Assembly: GCA_002269645.1 (NCBI GenBank)
Contig: NIVC01002711.1
Coordinates: 32,295-96,294 of the forward strand
From: Macrostomum lignano
Taxonomy: Eukaryota
Direction of reading: 5' to 3'
Length of the DNA: 64,000 nt
Every line of letters starts with the position of its first letter. Position 1 is the stretch's first letter. The notes beneath the pieces are model-generated. The model was not told the origin of the DNA and did not search any database. It saw only the letters and a list, made by a program, of their open reading frames with translations. The translations under genes were made by a program, and so were the position numbers. Shown one piece after another: positions 13,470-27,250 of this stretch.

Positions 13470-13731
13470 TGCAACCGACAACTCAGCCGCAGCTATTGTG
13501 TGGCGCATCTGAAGACTGCGTACGGCTGTTCAGTCCAAGGACTGGGGGTCGCCACACGCACCCTCAATTGCCCCAGCTAATGCTGGCACCCATTTTACAG
13601 CTGCAGTGGGTGAACTGAAGCAATGCAGAGTTAAGTGTCTTGCTCAAGGACACAATTTGTTCAAGTGGGGATCGGGAATCGAACCCCCGACCTTCAAGTC
13701 GTGAGTCGCTCTAACCATTGGCTACAACACC
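13470..13731 (-). mobile_element. tRNA-derived SINE with CORE-like central domain
   Basis: Minus strand shows A box (TGTAGCCAATGG), B box (GGTTCGATTCC), then TGTGTCCTTGAGCAAGACACTTAACTC...CTGTAAAATGGG, similar to the MIR/CORE consensus. 3' end approximate. Confidence 0.7.
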
Positions 13732-15354
13732 TTTCTTTTTACTACACATACAATTTATTAATTAATGATAAGTCTGTAAATTTTCTTTGTTTAAGTTTTA
13801 AAAAGGCTGCTGCAGCTGAGCAGGATGGCATTGGGTCGAATGAAGTGGAGAGCAGGGCTGCTGAACGAATACTCGCCCAGCCCTTGTAAGAGTCGTCGAG
13901 AAATGGGTGCTGCACCAACGGCCATAATGGCTATGGACCCATGATAATGTCTTTTTCAGCACCCCTTTTGCTTCCGATTTCTGTAGATATACATATACAT
14001 GTACTAAAGCTCGATCTGCCTTTTTATTTGTTTGTTACGCATTTAATAGCAAACGGATAGGTAAATTTTTATTCAACTTGGCTCATTCGATGCCAAACTT
14101 TCAGGATTAAGCCCAAAAACAGATATTTTCCATATCTGAGTAATGTATCTGTATGAGCCAAATTATAGTCTATGGCTAATACTGAAACGGCAACTGAAAC
14201 TGTTGTGTTAGTGCAGATATCGGGGGGGGGGGTCTTTCGCGAAAGCAACTCACGGTGTGCCATAGACGTCAGTTGGGGAGGAAACACTTGTGGTTTGTTC
14301 GAAAGGCTCGCAACTTGACACGGCGTTCGATCGATCGCAACTTTGCGAGCTCGTAACTTTACGCAAAGGCCAGTTTCTTGAAAAGAGCGCAAGTCTATAG
14401 TCCTACTTAATATCGATCGTAAATCTGCGCCTGATCGAGACCAAGCGTGAGTGAGCATGAGCGCCCAACTTCATTCTCATGAGAGACTGGCGCAAGTTTA
14501 ACTGTCCTAGTTTTTACCAAGGCTTTTCTTTTTACGAGTCACATTAAAAAATAGCTCCCAGAAATTAAAGTCTTTGTCAAGTCTCCATCTTTTCCGCAAA
14601 AAATAAAACAGGTGCCCAATTCCTACTACTGTTAGTAATAAATAAAGCAATAAATCCATAATACTAAAATTAGCTTTTTAGATTTGATTTTTTGCCTTCT
14701 CTCCCAAGAAACAGTCTAGGAAATAGTTTACAGACTTAACTAGACTTCCGAATTTCGTAAGTCACGCAAAGTCTAAGCTACTTTCGAGAAACTGTCTATA
14801 GTTAGCGCGTAAGTCAAGTTGAGTCGATCAAATGTTTTCTATGTCCACCTCACCCCGCTTGAGGCCACTTCCTGCTCTTCAGAGCATTTTCGCGAGCGTG
14901 TGAGCGCCAAGTGTCTGTGACTCTTCAGCGTCTTTCTATCTATCTATCTACGCAGAGCGTAAAGTTCTAACCTACGATCAAACTTACCACAGAACTTACG
15001 CAAGTTTCGAGAAAGACCCCCCAGAAATGCGCCTGACCCAGCAGCCCGGATGTCTCAGTAAGGCGGGGATACGCTTTGTAGGTCGAGTTTTTTGTCATGA
15101 AAACCTCAGAAAGCATCAAAGATAAACAATTACATAGTACACAGCCTGTTAGAATTTTCATTAAAGTTGAGATCAATCCGAAATCAATCCAAATGTGTTG
15201 GCAGTGGGATAAGCAGAGCGAGGCCACGGGAGAGGCCGCGGTCCCCCACAATGGCCCCCACAAAATGCAACCCTTTGGGAGCTAAAAAAGTAGGTAACCA
15301 AACTTGACGAATGACAGGAGCCCAACCGGTTTAAGAGACGGGTAGGAGCGCCTA

Positions 15355-15805
15355 CCAAGAGGCGCCAAGAGACAGGGACGCCCACCAAGAGACAGGGACG
15401 CCCACCAAGAGACAGGGACACCCACCAAGAGACAGGGACGCCCACCAAGAGACAGGGACGGCCACCAAGAGACAGGGACGCCCACCAAGAGACAGGGACG
15501 GCCACCAAGAGACAGGGACACCCACCAAGAGACAGGGACGGCCACCAAGAGACAGGGACGCCCACCAAGAGACAGGGACGCTCACCAAGAGACAGGGACG
15601 CCCACCAAGAGAAAGGGACGCCCACCAAGATACAGGGGGGCGCCCACCAAGAGACAGGGACGCCCACCAAGAGAAAGGGACGCTCACCAAGAGACAGGCA
15701 CGCCCACCAAGAGAAAGGGACGCCCACCAAGATACAGGGGGGCGCCCACCAAGAGACAGGGACGCTCACCAAGAGACAGGGACGCCCACCAAGAGACAGG
15801 CACCC
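15355..15805. repeat. 20-bp minisatellite (CCCACCAAGAGACAGGGACG), ~22 copies
   Basis: Direct periodicity. Confidence 0.95.
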
Positions 15806-16427
15806 ATCTAGAGACAGCAGGGGTTGCAGCCCTCACCAATCAAAATTACCGCATACGCCACTGTGTGCCGGCAAAAGCGTACACAATTCCCATCTTACGA
15901 GATACATGTAGCTATGCATTAGCAGTTTTCTAGCTAATGGACTGATTTAAGTTAAATAAAAGCTTTTATTTTACATTAGTCAAACACCTGTATTACACAG
16001 TTGCTTCCTATATATTTACTAACTACATGTAAACTACTAACATGCGGAAGAGCTCGTTTGCAATCGTTTCAATCCAGACAAGCAAGCCGATGCCAACAGA
16101 GACCGCTAAAAGTTAGTCAAATAAATAGATGAAAGCATTCAGGAAAGATGAAAGACACCGGCCGCTTAGCTAACCCTGTGCACAGTCAAACATAGGTGAT
16201 GTTTTCAGTGGTGCTACAGTGCAAACAAAGACCATCACAATTCCTTCAGGGATTTTACCTCCAAGAAGGAAGAAATAAACTCATCGCTGCATTCAGAAAC
16301 CTTCCGCCTTGTCATCGTTGAAATCTCAAAGTCCATTATTACATAGTATTCCCATTGCAGCACCGCGTGGCTTTTACTTCATGATGCTTGGCAATGGCTG
16401 AAAAATTCTCAAACCGGATCTAACTCA

Positions 16428-16880
16428 ATACAACTCTACTCAATCACTGACTCAGTCATTACAACTCTACTCAATCACTGACTCAGTCATTACAACTCTA
16501 CTCAATCACTGACTCAGTCATTACAACTCTACTCAATCACTGACTCAGTCATTACAACTCTACTCAATCACTGACTCAGTCATTACAACTCTACTCAATA
16601 ACTGACTCAGTCATTACAACTCTACTCAATCACTGACTCAGTCATTACAACTCTACTCAATCACTGACTCAGTCATTACAACTCTACTCAATCACTGACT
16701 CAGTCATTACAACTCTACTCAATCACTGACTCAGTCATTACAACTCTACTCAATCACTGACTCAGTCATTACAACTCTACTCAATCACTGACTCAGTCAT
16801 TACAACTCTACTCAATCACTGACTCAGTCATTACAACTCTACTCAATCACTGACTCAGTCATTACGACTCTACTCAAGCA
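16428..16880. repeat. 31-bp minisatellite (TACAACTCTACTCAATCACTGACTCAGTCAT), ~14 copies
   Basis: Near-perfect 31-bp period. Confidence 0.95.
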
Positions 16881-17143
16881 CTAACTCAAATCTGCTAGGT
16901 CATTACAACAAGACAAGACGAAAGCATTAACTTAATGCACTTTTAATCTTGCAAATCCTTGTTAATCGTCTATTTTCAGTGAATTATTCCAATTACAAGC
17001 GTATTTGGAGATCCAAAAAGATTTTTAACACTCACAAGACCTAACTATGTAGCTATCAGACTTCAAGTACAGTCTACAAAAGCTCCAGCTGTGATTCGCA
17101 CACGCTGCGACGACAAACTCAGGGCAGAGATATGCCATGCAAC

Positions 17144-17899
17144 TCAGTTGAATGGCGACGCGCACTCGCACAGAACTTTGGACAGATCAGAGGCCTCGTT
17201 TATATCGACCAGCTTTGGGAGACTGTGATACCGCGCAACAGCATTCTCGTTGCCATCTCCCACATTGTTTGGCTCGTCATGACCCCACAAGCTGCTGCTC
17301 AAAGGGATGTTGCAGGCGACCCAGTGCCAGCCTCCTGACGGCTCTAGACTTCCTACTTTCTGGTGGCCTCCGAGAAAAACCGATTGACCAGAACTGCGCG
17401 ACTTGTAAATAATTTCCACGTGGTCCATCTCGGTGGCGTCAACCACATCGGCCATGATCACCAGGCCGCTCTCCGACTCGCATTTCTCTTTGCTCTTTTT
17501 CCAGTTGCCCGTCTCACTATGCAGCTTGTACTTCACTCCGCACAGGTCGTCTCCGTAGCCAGACGGACACAGCGCCCCAGCCTCGAGTCCCGGCTGCTGC
17601 TTCACAAACACCCGGCCTCTCCTGGAGCAGCCGCAGTTCCTTACCGACTTGCTGCACTTGTCGAACACGAACAGCTGGCACGGACCGTCAGCCAGGCTGA
17701 ACGCCTGACAGCGCCGGTCGCTGCTGCACCAGAAGGCGCAGCCGGCCATTGAAACAACGTCGGAGAGGCTACGAACGAACTCTTTGTTGATGCAGAGGCT
17801 GCCGTTGATGCTTGAATACGAAGCCACGTCAGCTGCCTGCACGACTTTTAGCATGAAGAGAAAAACGGAAAACAGTTGGCTAAGCGTCTTTGTTGGCAT
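17144..17899 (-). CDS. Secreted PAN/Apple + C-type lectin domain protein (paralogue B), intronless, ~251 aa
   Basis: First ATG at 17899 (track start is TTG); signal peptide; CAFWCSSDRRCQAF; CTLD with EPNN motif. Confidence 0.85.
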   Translation of the reverse strand: MPTKTLSQLFSVFLFMLKVVQAADVASYSSINGSLCINKEFVRSLSDVVSMAGCAFWCSSDRRCQAFSLADGPCQLFVFDKCSKSVRNCGCSRRGRVFVKQQPGLEAGALCPSGYGDDLCGVKYKLHSETGNWKKSKEKCESESGLVIMADVVDATEMDHVEIIYKSRSSGQSVFLGGHQKVGSLEPSGGWHWVACNIPLSSSLWGHDEPNNVGDGNENAVARYHSLPKLVDINEASDLSKVLCECASPFN

Positions 17900-20779
17900 T
17901 TGATGATTATTTATCAAAATTTATTCCTTAAGATTTTCACTGCCAAGACTGTAGACTGGTAGTCTGCAAATTTTATGCTGTAAATTATCCTAATAGTCAA
18001 AGTAACGTACTGAAGCCGAAGAAAACGATTCAGTTTCTAAGAATTCCTTCGATGGGCTATTGCGATTGTATTTCAGTCAATCGGTTCCATATTTAGTGTA
18101 GATGCAGGCAGTAGAGCAGGTAGAAGTTGACATGACTCTTGCTATTTGACGATTGAAGCTCTAACCAACCAAAATAGTCTGGCTAAAATCTGATCGCTAA
18201 TGTGTTCAGTCATTTTTTATCTCTACGAGCATACTCGTAAAATATCGCATGCATTTTGGTATTTTCAAGTTGCAAAGTTCAAATTTTGAATTTCAATTTG
18301 AAAGTGATAGGTTACCACAGATGCCAAGCACATTTCCATAGCTATACAATTAAAAAATAGTTGGGATTGTACGTGTACATAAGTTAGGGCTCTAATTTTT
18401 TTCTTTTTAGAATATTCCACTGCTGCCACCAAAGTTGTGACAGCTGGACGGTTTTAATAATTTTAATTATCCTACAGGTCGATCAATGTCTGAATTCGTG
18501 GGGGGATTTTTTATGGATCTGTTCTGCTGCATCATCGCAGTCATGGAGGTGAGGAGGGCGTTGACGTCGATGAAAGGTGCAGCAGGTGACAAAACAGTGA
18601 TCGGGGATGAGACGGGAGGAGGCCATAGTCGGGGCGGCTGACGTTGCCGGCGGTTGTGGGCATGCATGCAGCTTGGGTCGGCAGGGACCGCCCTTTAGGG
18701 GCCGCTTCAGCAGAGGCTGTGGTGTGGTCGTCCTGGGACTGATAGATCTGATCGCCAGATGAGTCAGTCGTTGATCGCGTGATGACGCTCATGGATGGCA
18801 TAGTAATCTGGTCATCCTGGTCATCTCGTCATTTAAGCATTTGAAGCTCCTACTAGAGCCTTAAGTTCACATGAAATCCAAATTTATCCGATTTCTCCCC
18901 ATAGAAATCTCCAAATGCTAAAGTGGTCGGGTTTTCGGCATAACGGGAGCTATTTGGCTCCAAATGAAGGGGCAGGATTGGGGTGGATAATATTTGACAA
19001 TATAAGATTATGTTGTAGCGCATAAGCTTAGGCAGTATGTAGCTAAGCTGTTTTCACAACACGAATTTCAGCTTAAGTAGCTAGCAGTAGCGATACGAGC
19101 TAAATTTATCCTCACTATCAGATTTTCGTACAGCAATTTGCAAACTTCGGCAGTAAAAAAGTCAGATCACTCCGGATATTTTAAAGATTACTCTATGCTT
19201 TAAACGTTAAAACAAGTTGAGCAACATAGCTTAACTGAACACTATATTTTTCAAATAAAGATTTAGAAAGTAATATTTTGCTTTATACAGTTGCATTTAT
19301 TTTTCAATAAAAATTTCAGTAGCTAGCCTACAAGGAAAATGACCTCGATTTATTTTCTAAGAAATCCTTTTTTTCTTTTGTTACGTGTTACGTGTTACGT
19401 GTTACGTACGTTCTGGTCGCTGGTCTGTGACTCTGTGCTTGCTTTTTTGTGTGGAAAATACTAACGCCTTCGTTATTGTCGGACGAGATCATTTTTGTAG
19501 TTTATTGTTTTTTGGTTGTTATGTTTGCAAAAATAAGAGCTTCGTGTAATTTTTAGGCAAATCTGCTAAGCCAAAGTTGCTAAGCCAAACAATTATGAAG
19601 TGACAACAACATAGCGTTTTATTTGGTTTGCACGTCAATCAATCAATTTAGATTATGCCTAGGCCCGTACTGTAATGATTGATTGAGTAACATGGTATAA
19701 TATTGGTGTAATGTTAAAATTTTGTTTCTTTTTTTAAAGGCGTTAACATAACAATCAATTTAAATAACACTTGCTAGGCCTAATTATTGTGTAAGAATTT
19801 AAGAAAATTATTCCTATCTATAGCTATAACCCAAGAAATTTACTGTCATTCCCTAGAGACCCCAGGAAAAGAAAAAATAATTAAAAATGGTGGATAGGAG
19901 GGCCTAACTTAGATCTAAAGTAGCATTTTTAACTTTGACTTAATCTTTAGACTATATATTAAAGGTGCAAGGGTAAAAACTTTAAACAATGTTTATTTAA
20001 AACTGTATTTGACAATGTGGCATCACCAAATTGTGCGCGCACCTTTGTTAGAAAGAGTCCAGACTCCAGAGGCAAAAAATGCATGCTTAACAGCTACGCT
20101 TATGGGAGAATAATTTATGAATGAGACTGTTTTTACGATTAGAATTTTTATTTTTTGCAAATAAATCACCATTTTGTCCTATATACTAAAAATGAGTTGT
20201 CTGTATGTGGGTAGGTATGCGATAGATTTCAGAAAAAATGGCTCAACCGATTTTCTTCAAACTTGCACCATTTGATTAGAAATTTTCCTGGGACAGTACA
20301 TGCATCTTGGCTAAAAAATTGCTCAATTTTAAAGGGATTAAATATTCGAAAAACCTGCTTTTTGCAAAGGTCAAGCAGCTCTTTCGACCTAAAATTCATT
20401 GTAAGAATGCTAGAGAAAAAACCGACTGGCTGAATTCCGATTGTGATAAAGATTGCATCACAACAAGTTGAAAACAGTGCCGAAGAAATGCACACACGAC
20501 TTGATTTAAATTGCGTAACCAATATTGCTAACTTAAATTGAGACTGATACTGGCTGACTGAGAAATTGATTATGTCATTACTTTTTACTTCAATTAACTT
20601 GCTGTAAGAATTGAATTATAAGGGCCACAATTCATGTACTCCAATTGAAAAGAGATAGCCAAGATGCGAACAGACTGGAATGCTAATGTAGCAACCTGGG
20701 TTCGAATCTTAGTAGTACAAAAAGATTTTTTTATCAAAACACCTTAAAAACACAACAAAACTGCTAAACATAATAGAAG

Positions 20780-23700
20780 CGCAATGTCAAACATAGAAGA
20801 GCCACCATGTCGAACATTAAAGAGCCAACATTTCGAATATAAAAGAGTTACCATGTCAAACATAAAATAAGCACTATGTCAAACATATACGTGACTCCAT
20901 GTCAACGATTAAAAAGCCACCATTTCAAACATAGAAGAGCCACTATGTCAAACCTAAACAAGCCACCACGTCTAACATTTCTAACATTTAAGAGCCACCA
21001 TGTCAAACATTTAAGAGCCATTATGTCAAACATTAAAGAGCCACCATGTCAAACCTAAACAAGCCACCACGTCTAACATTTAAGAGCCACCATGTCAAAC
21101 ATTTAAGAGCCACCATGTCAAACATTTAAGAGCCACCATGTCAAACATATATGTGACTTTATGTCAAACTTTAAAGAGCCACCATTTCGAACATTAAATA
21201 GCCACTTTGTCAAACATTAGAGAGCCGCCGTGTCAAACATAAAAGAGCCACCAGGTTAAACATTAAAGAGCCACCATGTCAAACAATAAAGAGCCACCAT
21301 GTCAAACATAGAAGAGCCACCATGTAAAACATTTAGGAGTCACCATATCAAACATCAAATAGCTACTTTGTCGAACATTAAAGAGCCACCGTGTCAAACA
21401 TAAAAGAGCCACCATGTTAAACATAGAAGAGCCACCATGTCAAACATAAAAGAGCCACCATGTCAGACATTAAAAAGCCACCGTATCAAACATAAAAGAG
21501 TTACCATGTAGAACAAAAAACAGCCACCATGTCGAACATAAAAGAGCCACCATGTAGAATATTAAAGAGCCACCATGAAGAACATTAAAGAGCCACCATG
21601 TCAAACATAAAAGAGCCACCATGTCAGACATTAAAAAGCCACCGTATCAAACATAAAAGAGTTACCATGTAGAACATTAAAGAGCCACCATGTTAAACAT
21701 AGAAGAGCCACCATGTCAAACATAAAAGAGCCACCATGTCAGACATTAAAAAGCCATCATGTCGAACATAAAAGAGCCACCATGTAGAATATTAAAGAGC
21801 CACCATGAAGAACATTAAAGAGCCACCATGTCAAACATTTAAGAGCCACCATGTCAAACATTTAAGAGCCACCATCTTAAACATATATGTGACTTTATGT
21901 CAAACTTTAAAGAGCCACCATTTCGAACATTAAATAGCCACTTTGTCAAACACTAGAGAGCCGCCGTGTCAAACATAAAAGAGCCACCAGGTTAAACATT
22001 AAAGAGCCACCATGTCAAACAATAAAGAGCCACCATGTCGAACATAAAAGAGCTACCATGTCAAACATTTAAGGGCTACCATGTCAAACATTTAAGAGCT
22101 ACCATGTCAAAACATAAAAGTGCAATCATGTCAAACCTAAAAGAGCCACCATGTCAAACATAAAAGAGCCACCATTTCGAACATTAAAGAGCCACCATTT
22201 CAAACAGTAAAGAGCCACCATGTATAACATTTAAGAGTCACCATATCAAACATCAAATAGCCACTTTGTCGAACATTAAAGAGCCACCGTGTCAAACATA
22301 AAAGAGCCACCATGTTAAACATAGAAGAGCCACCATGTCAAACATAAAAGAGCCACCATGTTAGACATTAAAAAGCCACCGTATCAAACATAAAAGAGCC
22401 ACCATGTTAAACATAGAAGAGCCACCATGTCAAACATAAAAGAGCCACCATGTCAGACATTAAAAAGCCACCATGTCAAACATAAAAGAGTTACCATGTA
22501 GAACATTAAAGAGCCACTATTTCACACAGTAAAGAGCCACCATGTCAAACATAAAAGAGCCACCATGTCAAACATTAAAAAGCCACCATGGCGAACATTA
22601 AAGAGCTACCATGTCAAACATTAAAGAGCTATCATGTCAAACACAAAATAGCCACCATGTCAAACATTGAAAAGACACTATGTCAAACGTATACGTGACT
22701 CCATGTCAAACATAAAAGTGCCACCATGTCAAACATAAAAATGCCACTATGTCAAAAATTAAAGAGCCACCATGTCGAACATTAAAGGGCCAGCATGTCA
22801 AACATAAAAGAGCCACCATGTCGAACATAAAAGAGCCACCATGTCGAACATAAAAGAGCCACCATGCCAAATATAAAAGAGCCACCATGCCAAACATTTA
22901 AGAGCCACCATGTTGAACATTTAAGAGCCACCATGCCAAACATAAAAGAGCAACGATGTCAAACATAAAAGAGCCACCATGTCAAACATAAAAGTGCCAT
23001 TATGTCAAAAATATACGGGACTCCATGTCAAACATTAAAGAGCTATCATGTCAAACACAAAATAGCCACCATGTTAAACATTGAAGAGACACTATGTCAA
23101 ACGTATACGTGACTCCATGTCAAACATAAAAGTGCCACCATGTCAAACATAAAAGTGCCACTATGTCAAAAATTAAAGAGCCACCATGTCGAACATTAAA
23201 GGGCCAGCATGTCAAACATAAAAGAGCCACCATGTCGAACATAAAAGAGCCACCATGTCGAACATTTAAGAGCCACCATGTCGAACATTTAAGAGCCACC
23301 ATGCCAAACATAAAAGAGCAACGATGTCAAACATAAAAGAGCCACCATGTCAAACATAAAAGTGCCATTATGTCAAAAATATACGGGACTCCATGTCAAA
23401 CATTAAAGAGCTATCATGTCAAACACAGAATAGCCACCATGTAAAACATAGAAGAGACACTATGTCAAACGTATACGTGACTCCATGTCAAACATAACAG
23501 AGCCACCATGGCGAACATTAAAGAGCCACCATGTCAAACATAAAAGAGCCACCATGTCAAACATTAAAGAGCCACCATGGCGAACATTAAAGAGCGACCA
23601 TGTCCAACATAAAAGTGCCACCATGTCAAACATTAAAGAGCCACCATGGCGAACATTAAAGAGCCACCATGTCAAACATAAAAGTGCCACCATTTCAAAC

Positions 23701-23990
23701 ATTAAAGAGCCACCATGTCCAACATTAAAGAGCCACCATGTAAAATATAAAAGAGCCATCATGTCAAACATAAAAGAGCCATCATGTGAAACATTTACGT
23801 GACTCAATGTCAAACATTAAAGAGCCACCATGTCAAACATTAAAGAGCTATCATGTCAAACACAAAGAAGCTACCATGTCAAACATAGAAGAGCCACCAT
23901 GTCAAACATTAAAGAGCCACCTTTTTAAACAAAAAAGAGACCCCATTTCAAACATAAAAGAAGTGTCATGCCAAACAAAATGGAACCATT
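20780..23990. repeat. 23-bp satellite (AAAAGAGCCACCATGTCAAACAT), ~3.2 kb, with higher-order structure
   Basis: 23-bp period; variant GTATACGTGACT recurs at 22689, 23103 and 23471 (414 and 368 bp apart = 18 and 16 units). Confidence 0.95.
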
Positions 23991-24029
23991 ATAAAGCTAA
24001 GGAAATTGTTGCACTAGCTACTTGTTCTC

Positions 24030-24530
24030 TGGTGGATGCTTGCTTTTTAAGGATGGATACTTGCTTGCAGGGGATGCTTGCTCTTGTGGGTGGAGGGTAC
24101 TTGCTATCTGAGAGGGGGTTGCTAGATATCTATAAGGTATCTTTGTATCCAGGTTATGCTTGCTATCAGGGGTTGCTTGCTGTCTGGGGGATGCTTGCGA
24201 ACTGGGGATGCTTGCTATCTGGGGTCTGAGGGAATGCTTGCTATCTGGGGTTGCTTGCTGTCTGGGGGATGCTTGCGAACTGGGGGATGCTTGCGCACTG
24301 GGGGATGCTTGCGAACTGGGGGATGCTTGCGAACTGGGGGATGCTTGCTATCTGGGGTCTGAGGAAATGCTTGCTATCTGGGGATGTTTGCTATCTGGGG
24401 TTGCTTGCTATCGGGGGGATGCTTGCTACCTGGGGGATGCTTGCTACCTGGGGGATGCTTGCAGTCTGGGGGATGCTTGCTATTTGGGGATCGATGCTTG
24501 AATGCTGTCTGAGGATGCTTGCTGTCTTGG
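24030..24530. repeat. 18-bp G-rich minisatellite (CTGGGGGATGCTTGCTAT)
   Basis: Direct periodicity; related array in the opposite orientation at 39480-39660. Confidence 0.9.
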
Positions 24531-25530
24531 GATGTTTTGTTTTTAGAGGGAATGTCTGTTGTTGTTTTTTGAAGGTTTTATTTCGCTGTCTATTTGTTAT
24601 TTGTAAAGAACAAGGATTCTATCCAGATGTCCCCCATCGGGGGGCGAAGATTGCTAGTCCTTTTCTAATAAGCAGTGTTTTATTATTGTATGATACCACC
24701 TATGCATCAGTGACCAATGCAGGATGCAGTAGTGCTGTTTTAAAATAGGTGCTTAGCCTTAAACAATGCTTGAAATGCTATAGGCCTAGGCCCCAATAAA
24801 AAGAAATTAGGCCCCTTACATGTTAATTTTCTATTTGCAAAAATATTGTCTTGCCAAAAGTTTTTGTCTTTTAATAAGTTATGCCATTTTTTGTTTTATG
24901 CTGTTTCGTATCAGATTTTTCTCAATTGACTGCTATTGCGCCAGAGTATGCCAATATGATGCATATTCAACCTCCTTTGTGCTAGAATTTATGTAAAAAG
25001 GCCATCTTCCTAACTATGGGGCACAAGGAATGCAGTTGCAGTGTAGTAGTGCTAGACCGATATAAAGCAGGGCATGTAGTAGTTAAAATGTAGCATATAA
25101 AATATAAAATAAATTAAGAATATGGTGAAATCCAAAAATCGGGGCAAGTTTTATGAAAATTCGTTTTTTGGCAATTTGAAAGCAATAAAGCTATAAAATA
25201 AATTTATTCAAGTTTTTAAAAGGTAAAAAAAGTCTATTAAAGCACAAATTATTTTTGTATAGCTTAATTTTTGATAAAATGATTTGTTAAAATGGTAAGT
25301 TTAATTACGACCTAAAATGAGTTGAATGAAAATGATAGAAAAGCTATAATAATGTTTTTTATTAACTTTAACTATCTTATAATGTTACACTCTATAATTC
25401 TACAACATATTTAACATTATTTTCAAGGGTTTATTTGTTTATCACTTTTGTTACTCTTGACAACGTGTATTTTGTAGAGTTCATTTGCAATAAATTGTAT
25501 TCAATGTAAGTTTATTATTTAAACATACAA

Positions 25531-25870
25531 ATTCCCGTAAGGATCGGAAAATTGCATTTTACTCAGCTTCTACTAAAGAGATTTGGAAAATTCTTTTTTT
25601 CCTGCATATACGCTGCGATGATACATGTTTTAGTGTAATTTCATTGTTCTTCATCGCTTAATGAGCATACAGTAAACATCTGATTTGGAGGCCAGGTAAC
25701 ACATTGGAATTCCCATAAGGATTGGAAAATTGCATTTTACTCAGCTTCTACTGAAGCGATTTGGGAAATTCTTTTTTTCCTGCATACACGCCGCGATGAT
25801 ACATGTTTTAGTGTAATTTCATTGTTCTTTGTCGCTTAATGAGCATACATTAAGCATCTGATTTGAATGC
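25531..25870. repeat. ~179-bp tandem duplication (2 copies) in an AT-rich region
   Basis: ATTCCC(G/A)TAAGGAT(C/T)GGAAAATTGCATTTTACTCAGC starts at 25531 and ~25710. Confidence 0.85.
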
Positions 25871-27129
25871 TGGGTTCACATTTTGTGGTACCATTTTTTA
25901 CCCAAAATTTTGAAGTCTAAATATAGGCATATTACAAATACTAATACTATGCAAGTTGATATTTAAATGAAAGAAAACAACTTAAAGATTATTTTGCAAC
26001 AAGGAATTAGCGATATATTTACTTTTAGAGAAAGATGTTTGCTGGCAAACTTTGCACTTTATATTAGTATGAATTTTCGCGAGTTTATATGGTTTTACAA
26101 AAACTTTGAAATCCTTAGAAATACTTCATCTTTTTGAATTGAATAAAAAGTAAAACACAGATTACTTTCTGTTTTGTAAGTAGTAAAAAATTAGCCTTCT
26201 CTAAGGCTTACAAGTCTTAAAATTAATTGTTTAATAATGAAAAAAGTGAAATAAAAAATTGCAACTCGGTCAACTTGGACTTTCAAAATGGCTTTTTTGT
26301 GGTTTTTTCTTATTTATTCAACAATATATAGCATGAAAACAATAGTTTTTATCCAGAACTATTTTCTATAGACCTATCTATCTTTCAAAAACCTTTTTTA
26401 GATACATTACTTTCTATCAAATGTCTGCAGATTTGTTTTACCATTTTATCGCACATTTTTGGATTTTGCCATGTATATTTTAATTTAAAATCTACTAGAC
26501 TAATTTTAAGGACAAAATTTAAATGTTTTAAAACTTTTTTGTTGCCTAAATATAACATTTCTAATTTTTTTCTTGTCTACCTTATTTCAGTTTTCATGCT
26601 AGTAATGTTATTATAAAAATTAATAATTAATGTTTTTTGATGAGTTTATAATATCTTTTTTATCTAAAAATGTTCTGGCACATAGTTGACATAATCCTAA
26701 CTATTGTTCCAAACAAGATACTTTCATATTGTAGAAAGATTAGTATATGCCAAAAAAATGCTAGCATACAAATGCTTCAGCTAGTATACATATGGCGTGT
26801 AAAGAGGAAATACAACTTTCTAACATAATCATTGGCTTATAATTCTTAACTATTCATTCTCAAGCTTATAGCACAGTGTACAAAAGCATTGAAGTATGTA
26901 TCATAATTATAAAAATTATGCTAAACAATCCTTTGCTATAGTAAAGTTAATTTCAAAATTATAATAATAAATTAGATTTTCACAAATTATACTAAAATTT
27001 TCTACAGGTGCTAGCAAAAATATACCGAAATAAATAATGTACAAAGCTATTTTGTTTTACTAACTATTTTTATTTTTTAAATGAGATATAAGTTTTGTTT
27101 CCTTTTAGAAATTATTTCTACATATACTA

Positions 27130-27250
27130 GTTATTGCATTGGTTATTTGCTTATTAATCAGGCAATTTTTAATAGCATACAATTTACTAAAATACATAAT
27201 TGGCATAATTTACTGGTATACACTTTATTAGATAGCCAAATACTTCCTAG
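27130..27250 (-). repeat. Dispersed AT-rich repeat, homologous to 63540-63660 (+)
   Basis: Both read AAGTATTTGGCTATCTA(A/G)TAAAGTGTAT...AAC(C)AATGCAA in opposite orientations. Confidence 0.75.

Noticed and set aside
18467-18830. GC-rich island with short Pro/Ser-rich ORFs, possibly a gag remnant
   Set aside because: No diagnostic motif, splice support or termini.
20650-20730. tRNA-like B box (GGTTCGAATC)
   Set aside because: No cloverleaf; at most a decayed SINE head.
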